A DNA stretch of 64,000 nt from Burkholderiaceae bacterium (lineage in GTDB: Bacteria; Pseudomonadota; Gammaproteobacteria; Burkholderiales; Burkholderiaceae), in contig JBATQE010000037.1 in the NCBI GenBank assembly GCA_049291875.1, forward strand, positions 7,384-71,383, given 5' to 3'. Shown here one piece after another: positions 20,552 to 29,765 of the stretch; the first letter of the stretch is position 1; each line of letters begins with the position of its first letter. The notes below the pieces were generated by a model. The model saw only the letters and a program-made list of their open reading frames with translations. It was not told the origin of the DNA and did no database searches. The position numbers were made by a program, and so were the translations under genes.

Positions 20552-21280
20552 ATGGCAGGACACAGTAAATGGGCCAATATCAAACATAAAAAAGCACGCG
20601 CCGACGCCACCCGTGGCAAGGTTTGGACGCGCGTGATCAAAGAGTTGCAAGTCGCGGCGAAAAACGGTGGTGGCGATGTAAGCGCGAATCCGCGTTTGCG
20701 TCTGGCGATCGACAAAGCCAAAGCGGCGAATATGCCGAACGACAACATCAAACGTGCGATTGACCGCGGCGTGGGTGGCGGCGACGGCGCCGACTACGAA
20801 GAAATCCGCTACGAAGGCTACGGCATTGGCGGTGCGGCGGTGATTATCGACACCATGACCGACAACCGCACGCGCACCGTGGCCGAAGTGCGTCACGCGC
20901 TGTCTAAAAACGGCGGTAATCTCGGCACGGACGGCTCAGTCGCCTTCATGTTCGACCATGTCGGGCAATTCATGTTCGCCCCCGGTATTTCTGAAGACGA
21001 GGTGATGAATGTTGCGTTGGAAAACGGCGCGCAAGACGTCATTACCGATGATGAGGGCGGCGTGGAAGTGATTTGCGATCCGGCGGACTACGAAGCCTTG
21101 AAAAATGCCTTTGAAGCCGCCAATTTGAGCTTTGAAGAGTCCGACATTACCATGCGTGCGCAAAACGAAATCGAATTGACGGGTGATGACGCGGTGAAAA
21201 TGCAAAAAATCATCGATATGCTGGAAGATTTGGACGACGTTCAAGAGGTATATACCAACGCAGTGATGGATGTGGAATAA
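20552..21280 (+). CDS. yebC: YebC/PmpR family DNA-binding transcriptional regulator
   Basis: Canonical N-terminus '[14 protein letters not shown]'. Start taken at 20552 inside the longer ORF. Confidence 0.9.
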   Translation: MAGHSKWANIKHKKARADATRGKVWTRVIKELQVAAKNGGGDVSANPRLRLAIDKAKAANMPNDNIKRAIDRGVGGGDGADYEEIRYEGYGIGGAAVIIDTMTDNRTRTVAEVRHALSKNGGNLGTDGSVAFMFDHVGQFMFAPGISEDEVMNVALENGAQDVITDDEGGVEVICDPADYEALKNAFEAANLSFEESDITMRAQNEIELTGDDAVKMQKIIDMLEDLDDVQEVYTNAVMDVE

Positions 21281-21374
21281 ATTTAGCTCAATAGTTAAAT
21301 ACTTGTCATCCTGAAGGGCGAATCAGTTGTTAATGCCCGCGTCCGCATGAGCGGGGTTTTGCTAAAAGGAGCAA

Positions 21375-21710
21375 ATGATGAGTGCATTTAAAGATTTATT
21401 ACAGCAGGCAGAAGCGTTGTTGCGTCAAGCGACCAATGGTTCGCAAAGCCAAGCGAGCGAATTGCGTCAAAACGCTGAGGAATTACTGGAAAAAGTCCGT
21501 GTCAGCAGCCAAACGCTGCAAGAGGAGGCCGTAGATAAAGCCAAGCAAGTCGGTGATGCGACGCAAAACTATGTCAAAGAGAATCCTTGGAAAGCCGTTG
21601 GCATCGCCGCCAGCTTGGGATTGATGATCGGTGCGCTGATGAACAAGGACGGCGACAAGCCCAAAGGCGATGAGGGTGTCATTGATGCTGAGCCGCCGAA
21701 ATTGAAGTAA
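21375..21710 (+). CDS. DUF883 (ElaB/YqjD-like) C-tail-anchored membrane protein
   Basis: 111 aa. Coiled N-terminal part, then 'ENPWKAVGIAASLGLMIGALM', typical of the family. Confidence 0.75.
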   Translation: MMSAFKDLLQQAEALLRQATNGSQSQASELRQNAEELLEKVRVSSQTLQEEAVDKAKQVGDATQNYVKENPWKAVGIAASLGLMIGALMNKDGDKPKGDEGVIDAEPPKLK

Positions 21711-21864
21711 ATGAGGCTGTTGACAAAGTCCCTCGCTCCTTGCCCCTCTCCCGTAAACGGACGAGGGGTAAAAACAGAGGTTTGCCAGCAATCTGAGTAA
21801 ATCAGCTTGATTGGAGTTCGGCTTCACGATAATCGGTCGTGAGATTACCTGTGATTCGATGAAT

Positions 21865-21900
21865 GGTGCGAATGGTGAAAATCATTCGCACCGTTTTTTA
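21865..21900 (+). terminator. Rho-independent terminator about 155 nt downstream of the DUF883 gene
   Basis: 'GGTGCGAATG-GTGAAAAT-CATTCGCACC' followed by 'GTTTTTT'. Confidence 0.7.
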
Positions 21901-22091
21901 TACGCTCGTATGTGTCGCCTTGCATCAGAGGGATGAAGGCTTTATGATGGGCTTCATGATCGAAACGTAAGCATTATTTAGAAAACGCGGAATAAGTTTG
22001 TTTTTCAACTCAAGCATTGATAGATGCCAGCATGGCTTGAAAATTATGTAATTTTAACATTTTGATTTTGTTCAAATTTTGTCCCTAAGCA

Positions 22092-22119
22092 CGGAAAAAG
22101 TAGGGTTTTACTTTTTCCG
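22092..22119. repeat. 28-nt perfect hairpin repeat, copy 2 (CGGAAAAAGTA-GGGTTT-TACTTTTTCCG)
   Basis: Identical to nt 11617-11644 and in the same orientation. Lies 28 nt upstream of the lldD ATG and just upstream of its 'GGAGG' RBS. Confidence 0.9.
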
Positions 22120-22147
22120 TATTTTCTTTAAAAGGTTGGAGGCTGTC

Positions 22148-23293
22148 ATGCCGGTTATTACTCAAATTGAAGATTTACGCCGTTTGGCACACAAGCGCGT
22201 GCCGCGGATGTTTTACGACTATGCTGACTCAGGCAGTTGGACAGAATCGACCTATCGCGCGAATGAAGCGGACTTTGCGCGCATCAAACTGCGTCAGCGC
22301 GTCGCGGTGGATATGCGCAATCGCTCGACTGCAACCACGATGATCGGGCAAAAAGTGGCGATGCCGCTGGCGCTGGCACCGACCGGACTGACGGGGATGC
22401 AGCACGCCGATGGTGAAATCCTTGCGGCGCGGGCGGCGATGGCCTTTGGCGTGCCGTTCACGCTCTCAACTATGAGTATTTGCTCGATCGAGGATGTGGC
22501 CGAGCATGCGGGGCGCGGTTTTTGGTTTCAGTTATACATGATGAAAGACCGCGAATTTATGTCGCGTCTGATCGGTCGGGCCAAAGCGGCGGGTTGTAGC
22601 GCCTTGGTCTTAACGCTGGATTTGCAGATTTTGGGGCAGCGGCACAAAGATTTGATCAACGGGCTGTCGGCACCGCCGAAATTGACGGTTAAAAATATGC
22701 TCAATATCGCGACCAAGCCGCGCTGGGCGCTGGGCATGTTGCGCACCTCTCGACGTGGATTTGGCAATATCGTCGGTCATGTCAGTGGCGTGGACGATAT
22801 GAGCTCGTTGTCCTCTTGGACGGCGGATCAGTTTGATCCTGCACTGGATTGGGATGCGGTGCAGTGGGTCAAACAGCAGTGGGGCGGGCCGTTGATTATC
22901 AAAGGTATTTTGGATGTGGCGGATGCGCGCTTGGCGGCTCAGTCGGGTGCGGATGCGCTGGTGGTGAGCAATCACGGCGGGCGGCAATTGGACGGTGCGC
23001 CGTCCAGTATTCGGATGCTACCGGAGATTGTCGATGCGGTGGGTTCGCAGATTGAGATTCATTTGGATGGCGGTGTACGCAGTGGTCAGGATGTGTTGCG
23101 CGCACGGGCGTTGGGTGCGCAGGCGGTGTACATTGGTCGGCCCTTTTTATACGGTTTGGGTGCGATGGGGCAGGCGGGTGTGACCAAGGCGCTGCAATTG
23201 ATTCATCATGAGTTGGATGTCACGATGGCTTTATGCGGCCATCGTGAGATTGAGCAGGTGAATCGGGAGATTATTTACAGCATCGATTCGTAG
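22148..23293 (+). CDS. lldD: FMN-dependent L-lactate (alpha-hydroxy acid) dehydrogenase
   Basis: Start 'MPVITQIEDLRRLA' with 'GGAGG' RBS. Motifs 'SNHGGRQLD' and 'DGGVRSGQDV'. The upstream extension of the ORF is rejected. Confidence 0.85.
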   Translation: MPVITQIEDLRRLAHKRVPRMFYDYADSGSWTESTYRANEADFARIKLRQRVAVDMRNRSTATTMIGQKVAMPLALAPTGLTGMQHADGEILAARAAMAFGVPFTLSTMSICSIEDVAEHAGRGFWFQLYMMKDREFMSRLIGRAKAAGCSALVLTLDLQILGQRHKDLINGLSAPPKLTVKNMLNIATKPRWALGMLRTSRRGFGNIVGHVSGVDDMSSLSSWTADQFDPALDWDAVQWVKQQWGGPLIIKGILDVADARLAAQSGADALVVSNHGGRQLDGAPSSIRMLPEIVDAVGSQIEIHLDGGVRSGQDVLRARALGAQAVYIGRPFLYGLGAMGQAGVTKALQLIHHELDVTMALCGHREIEQVNREIIYSIDS

Positions 23294-23302
23294 TTTGCAT
23301 GG

Positions 23303-24157
23303 TTATTGTGGGTGACGTAGCGCGTTGATGGCCTCTTGGGTCTCACGCGCTATTTTTTGTGCGGCTTGGGTGTAGTCTTCACCGGCGCTGGCGTAGATGA
23401 TGGCGCGCGAGGAGTTGATGATGACGCCGCTGCCGTTCGCAGTTTGTCCGGCCTGCATGGTGGCGGCGAGGTCGCCGCCTTGTGCACCGATGCCGGGGAT
23501 CAGCAGCGGCATGTCGCCGACGATGGCGCGTACTTGCGCGATTTCGTTCGGGAAGGTGGCGCCGACGACGAGGGCGCATTGGCCGTTGCGGTTCCATTCA
23601 TTCGCGACTTTGTGCGCGACGATTTGGTACAGCGGCTGGCCATCCACCTTGAGAAATTGTAAATCGCTGCCGCCCGGATTGGAGGTGCGGCACAGGATGA
23701 TGACGCCTTTGTCGGTGTAGGCTAAGTAGGGTTGTATCGAGTCAAAGCCCATGTAGGGGTTGACGGTGATGGCGTCGGCTTGGTAGCGCTCGAACGCTTC
23801 GATGGCGTATTGCTCGGCGGTGGAGCCGATGTCGCCGCGCTTGGCATCGAGGATCACGGGAATCTGCGGGTGCTTGTCTTGGGCGTGGCGGATGATGTCT
23901 TCGAGTACGCTTTCCGCCCGATGTGCGGCAAAGTAGGCGATTTGCGGTTTGAAGGCACACACATAAGGCGCGGTGGCGTCGATAATGCCCACGCAGAATT
24001 CGTAAAACGCTTGTTCAATGGGCTTATCGCGCAGATGCGTCGGTAGTTTTTCAGGGCTGGGGTCAAGGCCGACGCACAGCAGTGAGTGATTGGTTTGCCA
24101 AACCTGTTGCAATTGTGGGATAAAGCTTTTGGTGGTGCGGTGGGTGGATGGTTTCAT
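23303..24157 (-). CDS. pyrF: Orotidine-5'-phosphate decarboxylase (type 2)
   Basis: 'LCVGLDP', 'KPQIAYF' and '[12 protein letters not shown]' motifs. Start set at ATG 24157 ('MKPSTHRT'), because the longer ORF would overlap the upstream gene. Confidence 0.85.
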   Translation of the reverse strand: MKPSTHRTTKSFIPQLQQVWQTNHSLLCVGLDPSPEKLPTHLRDKPIEQAFYEFCVGIIDATAPYVCAFKPQIAYFAAHRAESVLEDIIRHAQDKHPQIPVILDAKRGDIGSTAEQYAIEAFERYQADAITVNPYMGFDSIQPYLAYTDKGVIILCRTSNPGGSDLQFLKVDGQPLYQIVAHKVANEWNRNGQCALVVGATFPNEIAQVRAIVGDMPLLIPGIGAQGGDLAATMQAGQTANGSGVIINSSRAIIYASAGEDYTQAAQKIARETQEAINALRHPQ

Positions 24158-24162
24158 GATCT

Positions 24163-26544
24163 TTACCAGTCGGAGAAGGTTCTGCCCAGATAGAAATAGA
24201 GGTTGGCATTGCCGCTGCGGGTAATGCCCAAGCCCAGTTGTGCCGGGCCGATGGGCGTATTGATGGCGCCGAACAGGCTGGCGGACATTTTCAGTCCTTT
24301 GCTGCTGATGTCGTCGGTTTTTTCCCAAGTGTTGCCAATTTCCAAGGAGGTGCCGAGAATCAGCGGTTGATTCAGCATTTTCCACGGGCTGATGTAGCGG
24401 TAGGATACGCCGGCCAGTGCGAGGTAGTTGCCGACGAATTGGTTTTGTTCGTAGCCGGATAGGCGATGGTAGCCGCCCAAATGGTAGGGCGATAGGTAAA
24501 CGCTGCCCGGATTGTTTTGACCGGCGGCTTCCAAACCGAATGCGACTGAATGGCGTGGGTTCAGACGTTTGGCCCAGAGCGCTTTGATGCCGGCTTGAAT
24601 AAAGCGTTTGTCATCGTCGTCGGATTTTTTCGGTGCGATGCGGCCATAGGCGCGTAAGAAGTAGCCATCGGTCGGGATGTATAAATCGTCCAGTTGATCC
24701 AAGGTGATTTCGGCGTCCACGGTGAAGTGTCGTTGCGTTTCTCCGTGGATGAGTAAGTTCGGGTTGGTCAGATTGCTCGCGAGATGCGCGCGCTGCCAAC
24801 GGGCGCTGATGCCCCATTCGCCTTTGTCCCCCAGCGTTTGTCCGAGCATGAGGCTGGCATTTTGGCGATTGACGTCGTATTCGCTGGCGGCATCGTTTTG
24901 GTCGGGCAGGTAGGCTTGGTTGTTGCTAAAGCCAAAATTGAGTTGCGGTCGGATGAACCAATTTTGACCGTAGTTGAGCGGTTGGTTGAACAGGGTGGTG
25001 ATGTCGGTGTTTTTGCCCAAAGTCACGTAGCTGCGCCATTCCGCGCCCCAACGGTTGAGCCAGACATTGCGGTGGGACAGATGCAGTGCTACGTTTTGTT
25101 TGGTCAGATTGCTGGTTGCCAGCTCCAAACCGGCGCTCACGGCGTTGCTGGCAGTGTCTTTTTCTTGGACGTAATACACCAGTTCGTACGCATTGCCGAC
25201 CGGCTGAATGTCGTAACGCACCGATTCGATGCGATCCACGTTCATGAGTTGGCGAATGTCTTCGTCCACCAAGTTCATATTCAATGGTTTGCCTGCTTGA
25301 TGAGTGACTTTGCGGCGCAACGCTTCGGGGTTGGCGATGCCATTGGTCTGTACGCGCACGAAGCTGATGAGTTTGCCCGGCTCTGGTTGTACTTCGTGCT
25401 TGGCCATCAGGCTGTTGTATTGTTGAACAGGTATGGCGAGTGAGGCGACCTGACGCGATATTTTCGGTTCGTGCATGGTTTTGATGCCGTAGTCGATCGC
25501 TTCGTTGATTCGATTAAATTGCAGATTGCCGATGTCGCCGACATCCACCGGAATGTAGACGTCTTGTTTGCCCAAGGTTTTGACTTCATCGGTGACATTG
25601 CGCTGTACCAAGATGCTCAGTAATTGTTCAGAGACATTCACCACATTTTTGATCTTTTCTTTGGGCAACAGGCCGGTGCCGACATTGACAGCAATGATGC
25701 GGTCTGCGCCCATCTGGCGCACAACGTCAATCGGTAGATTGCTCGCGACCATGCCGTCAACCAGTAGGCGGCCATCCATTTCAACCGGTGCAAACACAGC
25801 GGGGATGGACATGCTGGCGCGCAGTGCTTCGGCCAGTTTGCCTTTGCTCAAGACGACTTTTTCGCCGGTGGCCAAATCGGTGGTGACGGCGCGAAATGGA
25901 ATTGGCAGGCGGTCAAAATCGATGTTGTACGGATAGTCCTTGAGAATTTCGCGCAGGGCTTGCTCGACTTTACCGTCTTGCATGACCGATTGCGGCAGGG
26001 CGACCACGCCTTCGCGCGTGATGCTCATGTCCACCATGCCGTTGCCATAATATTCGTTGGCGCGGGCGAATTGGGTCTGGGTGCGGCGACTTTGGCGTTC
26101 ATATAGGATTTTGTCAAAATCCATGTTTTTGATGCGCTGTTCGATTTCGTCCAAACTCATACCGCTGGCATACATGCCGCCGATGAGCGCACCGGCACTG
26201 GTTCCGGCGATGTAGTCAATCGGTACATGCTGTTGTTCCAAAGCGCGCAGTACGCCGATATGTGCCAAACCGCGTGAACCGCCACCTGAGAGTGCCACGC
26301 CGATTTTCGGGCGTTGGGTCTGTGCTTCTTGATGGTTTGGCGTTGGTTCGGATGGGGACGGGGAAATGGCTGCAATGGGTGCAATAGGCATCGCATGGGA
26401 CGGCTGGACATCCGTCGGCCGGTCTGTAGACAACGCATCCGCGCTGTCCTGCGCCCATGCATTTGCCGAGAGCGCACCTGCGCTGATGATGAGCGTCAGT
26501 AAAATCCGGTGGCGCAGAGCGGTTTTGGGTAGAGTTGACTTCAT
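24163..26544 (-). CDS. PlpD-like patatin phospholipase with POTRA and Omp85-type beta-barrel (type Vd autotransporter architecture)
   Basis: Signal peptide '[13 protein letters not shown]'. Patatin motifs '[13 protein letters not shown]', 'GTSAGA' and 'VDGM'. The C-terminal half is rich in alternating aromatic beta-strand patterns and ends '...[10 protein letters not shown]'. Confidence 0.8.
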   Translation of the reverse strand: MKSTLPKTALRHRILLTLIISAGALSANAWAQDSADALSTDRPTDVQPSHAMPIAPIAAISPSPSEPTPNHQEAQTQRPKIGVALSGGGSRGLAHIGVLRALEQQHVPIDYIAGTSAGALIGGMYASGMSLDEIEQRIKNMDFDKILYERQSRRTQTQFARANEYYGNGMVDMSITREGVVALPQSVMQDGKVEQALREILKDYPYNIDFDRLPIPFRAVTTDLATGEKVVLSKGKLAEALRASMSIPAVFAPVEMDGRLLVDGMVASNLPIDVVRQMGADRIIAVNVGTGLLPKEKIKNVVNVSEQLLSILVQRNVTDEVKTLGKQDVYIPVDVGDIGNLQFNRINEAIDYGIKTMHEPKISRQVASLAIPVQQYNSLMAKHEVQPEPGKLISFVRVQTNGIANPEALRRKVTHQAGKPLNMNLVDEDIRQLMNVDRIESVRYDIQPVGNAYELVYYVQEKDTASNAVSAGLELATSNLTKQNVALHLSHRNVWLNRWGAEWRSYVTLGKNTDITTLFNQPLNYGQNWFIRPQLNFGFSNNQAYLPDQNDAASEYDVNRQNASLMLGQTLGDKGEWGISARWQRAHLASNLTNPNLLIHGETQRHFTVDAEITLDQLDDLYIPTDGYFLRAYGRIAPKKSDDDDKRFIQAGIKALWAKRLNPRHSVAFGLEAAGQNNPGSVYLSPYHLGGYHRLSGYEQNQFVGNYLALAGVSYRYISPWKMLNQPLILGTSLEIGNTWEKTDDISSKGLKMSASLFGAINTPIGPAQLGLGITRSGNANLYFYLGRTFSDW

Positions 26545-26558
26545 CGTTCAGGCTCCGA

Positions 26559-27374
26559 TCATTGCTTCGTAATCGTATACAACATGTGCAAACCCAATGC
26601 CAGCAGCAGTGTGGCGAATACCTTTTTGATGGTGGCAACCGGCCATTTTTGTGCCGCGCGCGCGCCCAAGGGTGCAAACAATGCGCTGGTCAGCACCACG
26701 CCGAGTACCGCAGGCCAGTAAATATAGGCGATGGTGTGTTCGGGCAGTCCGGGGACATTGTAAAAACTGATGAGATACCAAAGTACCCCGCTCAAGGCAA
26801 TTGGAAAACCGAGTGTCGCCGATGTGCCGATGGCGCGGCGCACGGGCGTATTGCATGCGATGAGAAAAGGTACGGTGATAAAGCCGCCGCCGGCGGAAAT
26901 CAGTGTGGAAATACTGCCGATCGCGGTACCCACCCCGAATAACCAGCCGGAGCCGGGCAAGGTGCGTGCGGGTTTTGGTTGTCCACCAAACGACATGCTG
27001 TATGCGGTATAAAAGGTAAAGGCGATGAAGATGATCCGCAGAGGCGTGGTTGGGATCAGATGCACCAGATACGTTCCCAGCAAGGTACCCAAAATAATGC
27101 CCGGCAGAATTCCTTTCACCGCAGACCATTCAACGTTTTGGTGTGCGACGTGCGAACGCATGCTGGAGAATGAAGTGAATAAAATCGTGGTGGTCGAGGT
27201 AGCGAGGGCGATTTTGTGCAAATCGGGGTGCTGCATACCGCTGGCAGCCAAAATGATGGTGATGAACGGTACGGAAATCAGGCCGCCGCCGACGCCCAAA
27301 AGTCCCGCCATGAATCCGGCCAAGCAGCCGAGCAGGGGGTAACACAACCACAACCAATTAAAATCGTCCACCAT
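26559..27374 (-). CDS. TauE/SafE (TSUP) family anion exporter
   Basis: 271 aa and polytopic. Internal duplication with 'GLLGVGGGLISVPF' and 'SAGGGFITVPFL' motifs. Confidence 0.75.
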   Translation of the reverse strand: MVDDFNWLWLCYPLLGCLAGFMAGLLGVGGGLISVPFITIILAASGMQHPDLHKIALATSTTTILFTSFSSMRSHVAHQNVEWSAVKGILPGIILGTLLGTYLVHLIPTTPLRIIFIAFTFYTAYSMSFGGQPKPARTLPGSGWLFGVGTAIGSISTLISAGGGFITVPFLIACNTPVRRAIGTSATLGFPIALSGVLWYLISFYNVPGLPEHTIAYIYWPAVLGVVLTSALFAPLGARAAQKWPVATIKKVFATLLLALGLHMLYTITKQ

Positions 27375-27506
27375 GACCTCGAATGATTAAGAAGAATGAT
27401 TCAGATTAATGCAATGCAAATGTTTGGAAAATACAGAGAATACTGAATATTAGGGTATTTTTGTTCTGGAGATGTTGTTTACGCGGGTATTTCGTGGCAA
27501 ACAGAC

Positions 27507-27691
27507 AAAAAAATTCCCGCACCATTCGTTGAGCCTAACCCTTGAACCTTGCGGTTCAGGGTGCTGTAATCAATTAAGCTTCGGGTTCATCTGACTAAGA
27601 GACGCTCACACCAGCTTAATGCTGTTTCACAGCTAAAGTACATTATTGGTTCAAAGAGCTACGGCGAATAATCGCGAATGGCGCAGGAACG
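27507..27691 (-). ncRNA. ssrS: 6S RNA (SsrS)
   Basis: The minus-strand transcript contains '...CACCCUGAACCGCAAGGUUCAAGGGUUAGGCUC...', matching the conserved E. coli 6S block 'CACCUUGAACCAAGGGUUCAAGGGUUA'. The 5' 'UUCCUGCGCCAUUCG' pairs fully (two G-U) with the 3' 'CGAAUGGUGCGGGAA' to close the rod. It ends in a U7 run and an extended -10 sits just upstream. Confidence 0.8.
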
Positions 27692-27696
27692 CCTGT

Positions 27697-27705
27697 ATTA
27701 TAGCA
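27697..27705 (-). promoter_or_regulatory. Extended -10 promoter element (TGCTATAAT) for ssrS
   Basis: The reverse complement of 'ATTATAGCA' is 'TGCTATAAT'. It ends 6-7 nt upstream of the predicted 6S 5' end. No good -35 hexamer is present. Confidence 0.45.
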
Positions 27706-27947
27706 GAATTCGATGGCTGGCCGATGCCTTATTCGGATGTGTCGCTCGGTTTTGTGCGGGGCAGTCGTCCATTTTATCTTCAGACTTTCTTCAGGCATTT
27801 CGGGTATTATGCGAGGCTTGAAAACGGGTCGACATACATTGGGGAAATAGGGGACATATCCCTGTTGATAATGATTATTTTGCTATGCGACTTGTGGAGA
27901 CCTTATTTCATCGGTCACGGCGATGAAAATAACAATAACGTTTCAGG

Positions 27948-29603
27948 ATGCACGCTTTGAATTTCACCATCATCAAACAATTTTTTTTCGGACGAAACAC
28001 GTGGCGAACCCAGCAGTTGGTTGGCTTGATCGCTTTATTTCTGACCGCACTGACGAATTCGGCTTTTTTGGCGCATGTCAAACAGGTGTATTACCCGCAG
28101 AACGTTGGCTTTGTGGTGGCGCTCATGGTGATTTTGTTTGCGCTCAATTATGTGCTGTTGTCTTTGGTGAGTATTCGTCACACGGTGAAAATCGTCGGTG
28201 CGCTGATTTTGGTGCTGTCCGCCGTGGTGGCCTATCACATGGACACGTTTGACGTGGTGATTGATAAGGTGATGCTGCAAAACGTGGCGGAAACCCAAAC
28301 CCGCGAGGTACGCGACTTACTAACGCTGAAATTCGCGTTGTACACAGTGTTTTTGGGTATTTTGCCCGCGTGGTGGTTGCTGCGCCAAAAGGTCGAGCGC
28401 ACCAGTGTGCTGCGTGGCTTTGGGTCAAAACTCAAAGGTATGATTGTGGCCTTGATTGTGATGGCGGCGGCGATTGGTATGTTCAATAAAGACATGGCGT
28501 CCTTTGTACGCGAGCATAAAGCCGTGCGTTTTTACACCAATCCGCTGACCTATCTGTATTCTGCGGGACAATTCGTTGCCAGTCGCTTTGCTGACCACAG
28601 TGTGCATGTTGAGCCGATTGGCATGGATGCTAAAATCGTGAAACAGAGTGGTCACCGCACTTTAAGCATTCTGATCGTCGGCGAAACTGCGCGTGCCGAT
28701 CATTGGTCGCTCAACGGTTATTCGAAATTGACCAATCCGCTGTTGTCCAAAGAGCCGAATTTGGTGAGTTTCTCCAATATGTCCTCGTGCGGAACCAGCA
28801 CCGCGGTGTCTGTGCCGTGTATGTTCACCAATTTTGGCCGTGAGGGTTATAGCCAGAAAAAATTCAATAGCACCGAAAACGCGCTGGACGTGCTTAAACG
28901 TGCCGGAGTCGAGGTTTTGTGGCGCGACAATAATTCCAGCTCCAAAGGCGTAGCCGACCGCGTGACCTATGAAGACTACCAAACGTCGAAAACCAACACC
29001 GTTTGCGAAGGGGGTAAGGATGGCGAATGTCGCGATGAGGGTATGTTGGTCGGTTTGCAAGACTATATCAACAGTCGTCCCGACAAAGATATTTTGATTG
29101 TGTTGCACACCATGGGCAGTCATGGCCCCGCCTATTACAAGCGTTATCCAAAACAGTTTGAGCATTTCACGCCGACTTGCCAAGACAATCAGCTTGAAAA
29201 ATGCAGTCAAGAGTCTATCAGCAATGCGTTTGACAATACCATCGTCTATTCGGATTATGTGATTGCCAAAACCATTGAGTTACTCAAAGCGAATCAAGAC
29301 AAATACGATACCAGCATGATCTATATGTCTGATCATGGTGAATCCTTGGGTGAAAACGGCGTGTATCTGCACGGTATGCCGTATGCCATCGCGCCAAAAG
29401 CGCAGAAAAATCCGGCGGCGGCAATTTGGGTCGGACCGAAAGGCTTTCATGGCGTGGCGGTGGATAAACTCAGACCGTTTGCCGATCAGCCGCTGTCACA
29501 CGACCATTTGTTCCACACCTTGTTGGGCAGTTTTGAGGTGCAATCGGAGGTGTACAACCCCGAGCTGGACATCTTCCACATGGCCGGAGCGCGCGGCTAT
29601 TAA
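27948..29603 (+). CDS. eptA: Phosphoethanolamine--lipid A transferase (EptA/LptA/MCR family)
   Basis: Five N-terminal TM helices plus a sulfatase-fold domain. Motifs 'LIVGETARADHW', 'SCGTSTAVSVPCMF', 'HTMGSHGPAYYKRYP' and 'YMSDHGESLGE'. Confidence 0.85.
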   Translation: MHALNFTIIKQFFFGRNTWRTQQLVGLIALFLTALTNSAFLAHVKQVYYPQNVGFVVALMVILFALNYVLLSLVSIRHTVKIVGALILVLSAVVAYHMDTFDVVIDKVMLQNVAETQTREVRDLLTLKFALYTVFLGILPAWWLLRQKVERTSVLRGFGSKLKGMIVALIVMAAAIGMFNKDMASFVREHKAVRFYTNPLTYLYSAGQFVASRFADHSVHVEPIGMDAKIVKQSGHRTLSILIVGETARADHWSLNGYSKLTNPLLSKEPNLVSFSNMSSCGTSTAVSVPCMFTNFGREGYSQKKFNSTENALDVLKRAGVEVLWRDNNSSSKGVADRVTYEDYQTSKTNTVCEGGKDGECRDEGMLVGLQDYINSRPDKDILIVLHTMGSHGPAYYKRYPKQFEHFTPTCQDNQLEKCSQESISNAFDNTIVYSDYVIAKTIELLKANQDKYDTSMIYMSDHGESLGENGVYLHGMPYAIAPKAQKNPAAAIWVGPKGFHGVAVDKLRPFADQPLSHDHLFHTLLGSFEVQSEVYNPELDIFHMAGARGY

Positions 29604-29765
29604 ATCGCGCGCCTGCCCGTCTTGGCTATTGAAAAATCGCTTTTCGTCCCTATTTCCTGCACAGTGATCGGTTTTAATTCATAATCTGATTGTTGTGAGC
29701 GATTTTAAGTGACGCGACAGAAACAAACCTTTCCATTTCACAGACTTTTTTCGAGAGGATATGCC

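Noticed and set aside
24158-24385. 76-codon N-terminal extension of pyrF in the ORF track (ORF 23303-24385)
   Set aside because: The extension overlaps the 3' end of the PlpD-like gene and is Arg/Gln/His-rich nonsense. The PyrF homology begins just after the ATG at 24157.
27646-27960. 104-aa plus-strand ORF in the TSUP-eptA spacer
   Set aside because: Its 5' part overlaps the 6S RNA gene on the other strand. It has no RBS, and its product has no recognisable features and odd composition. The 6S RNA explains the conservation-like structure better.
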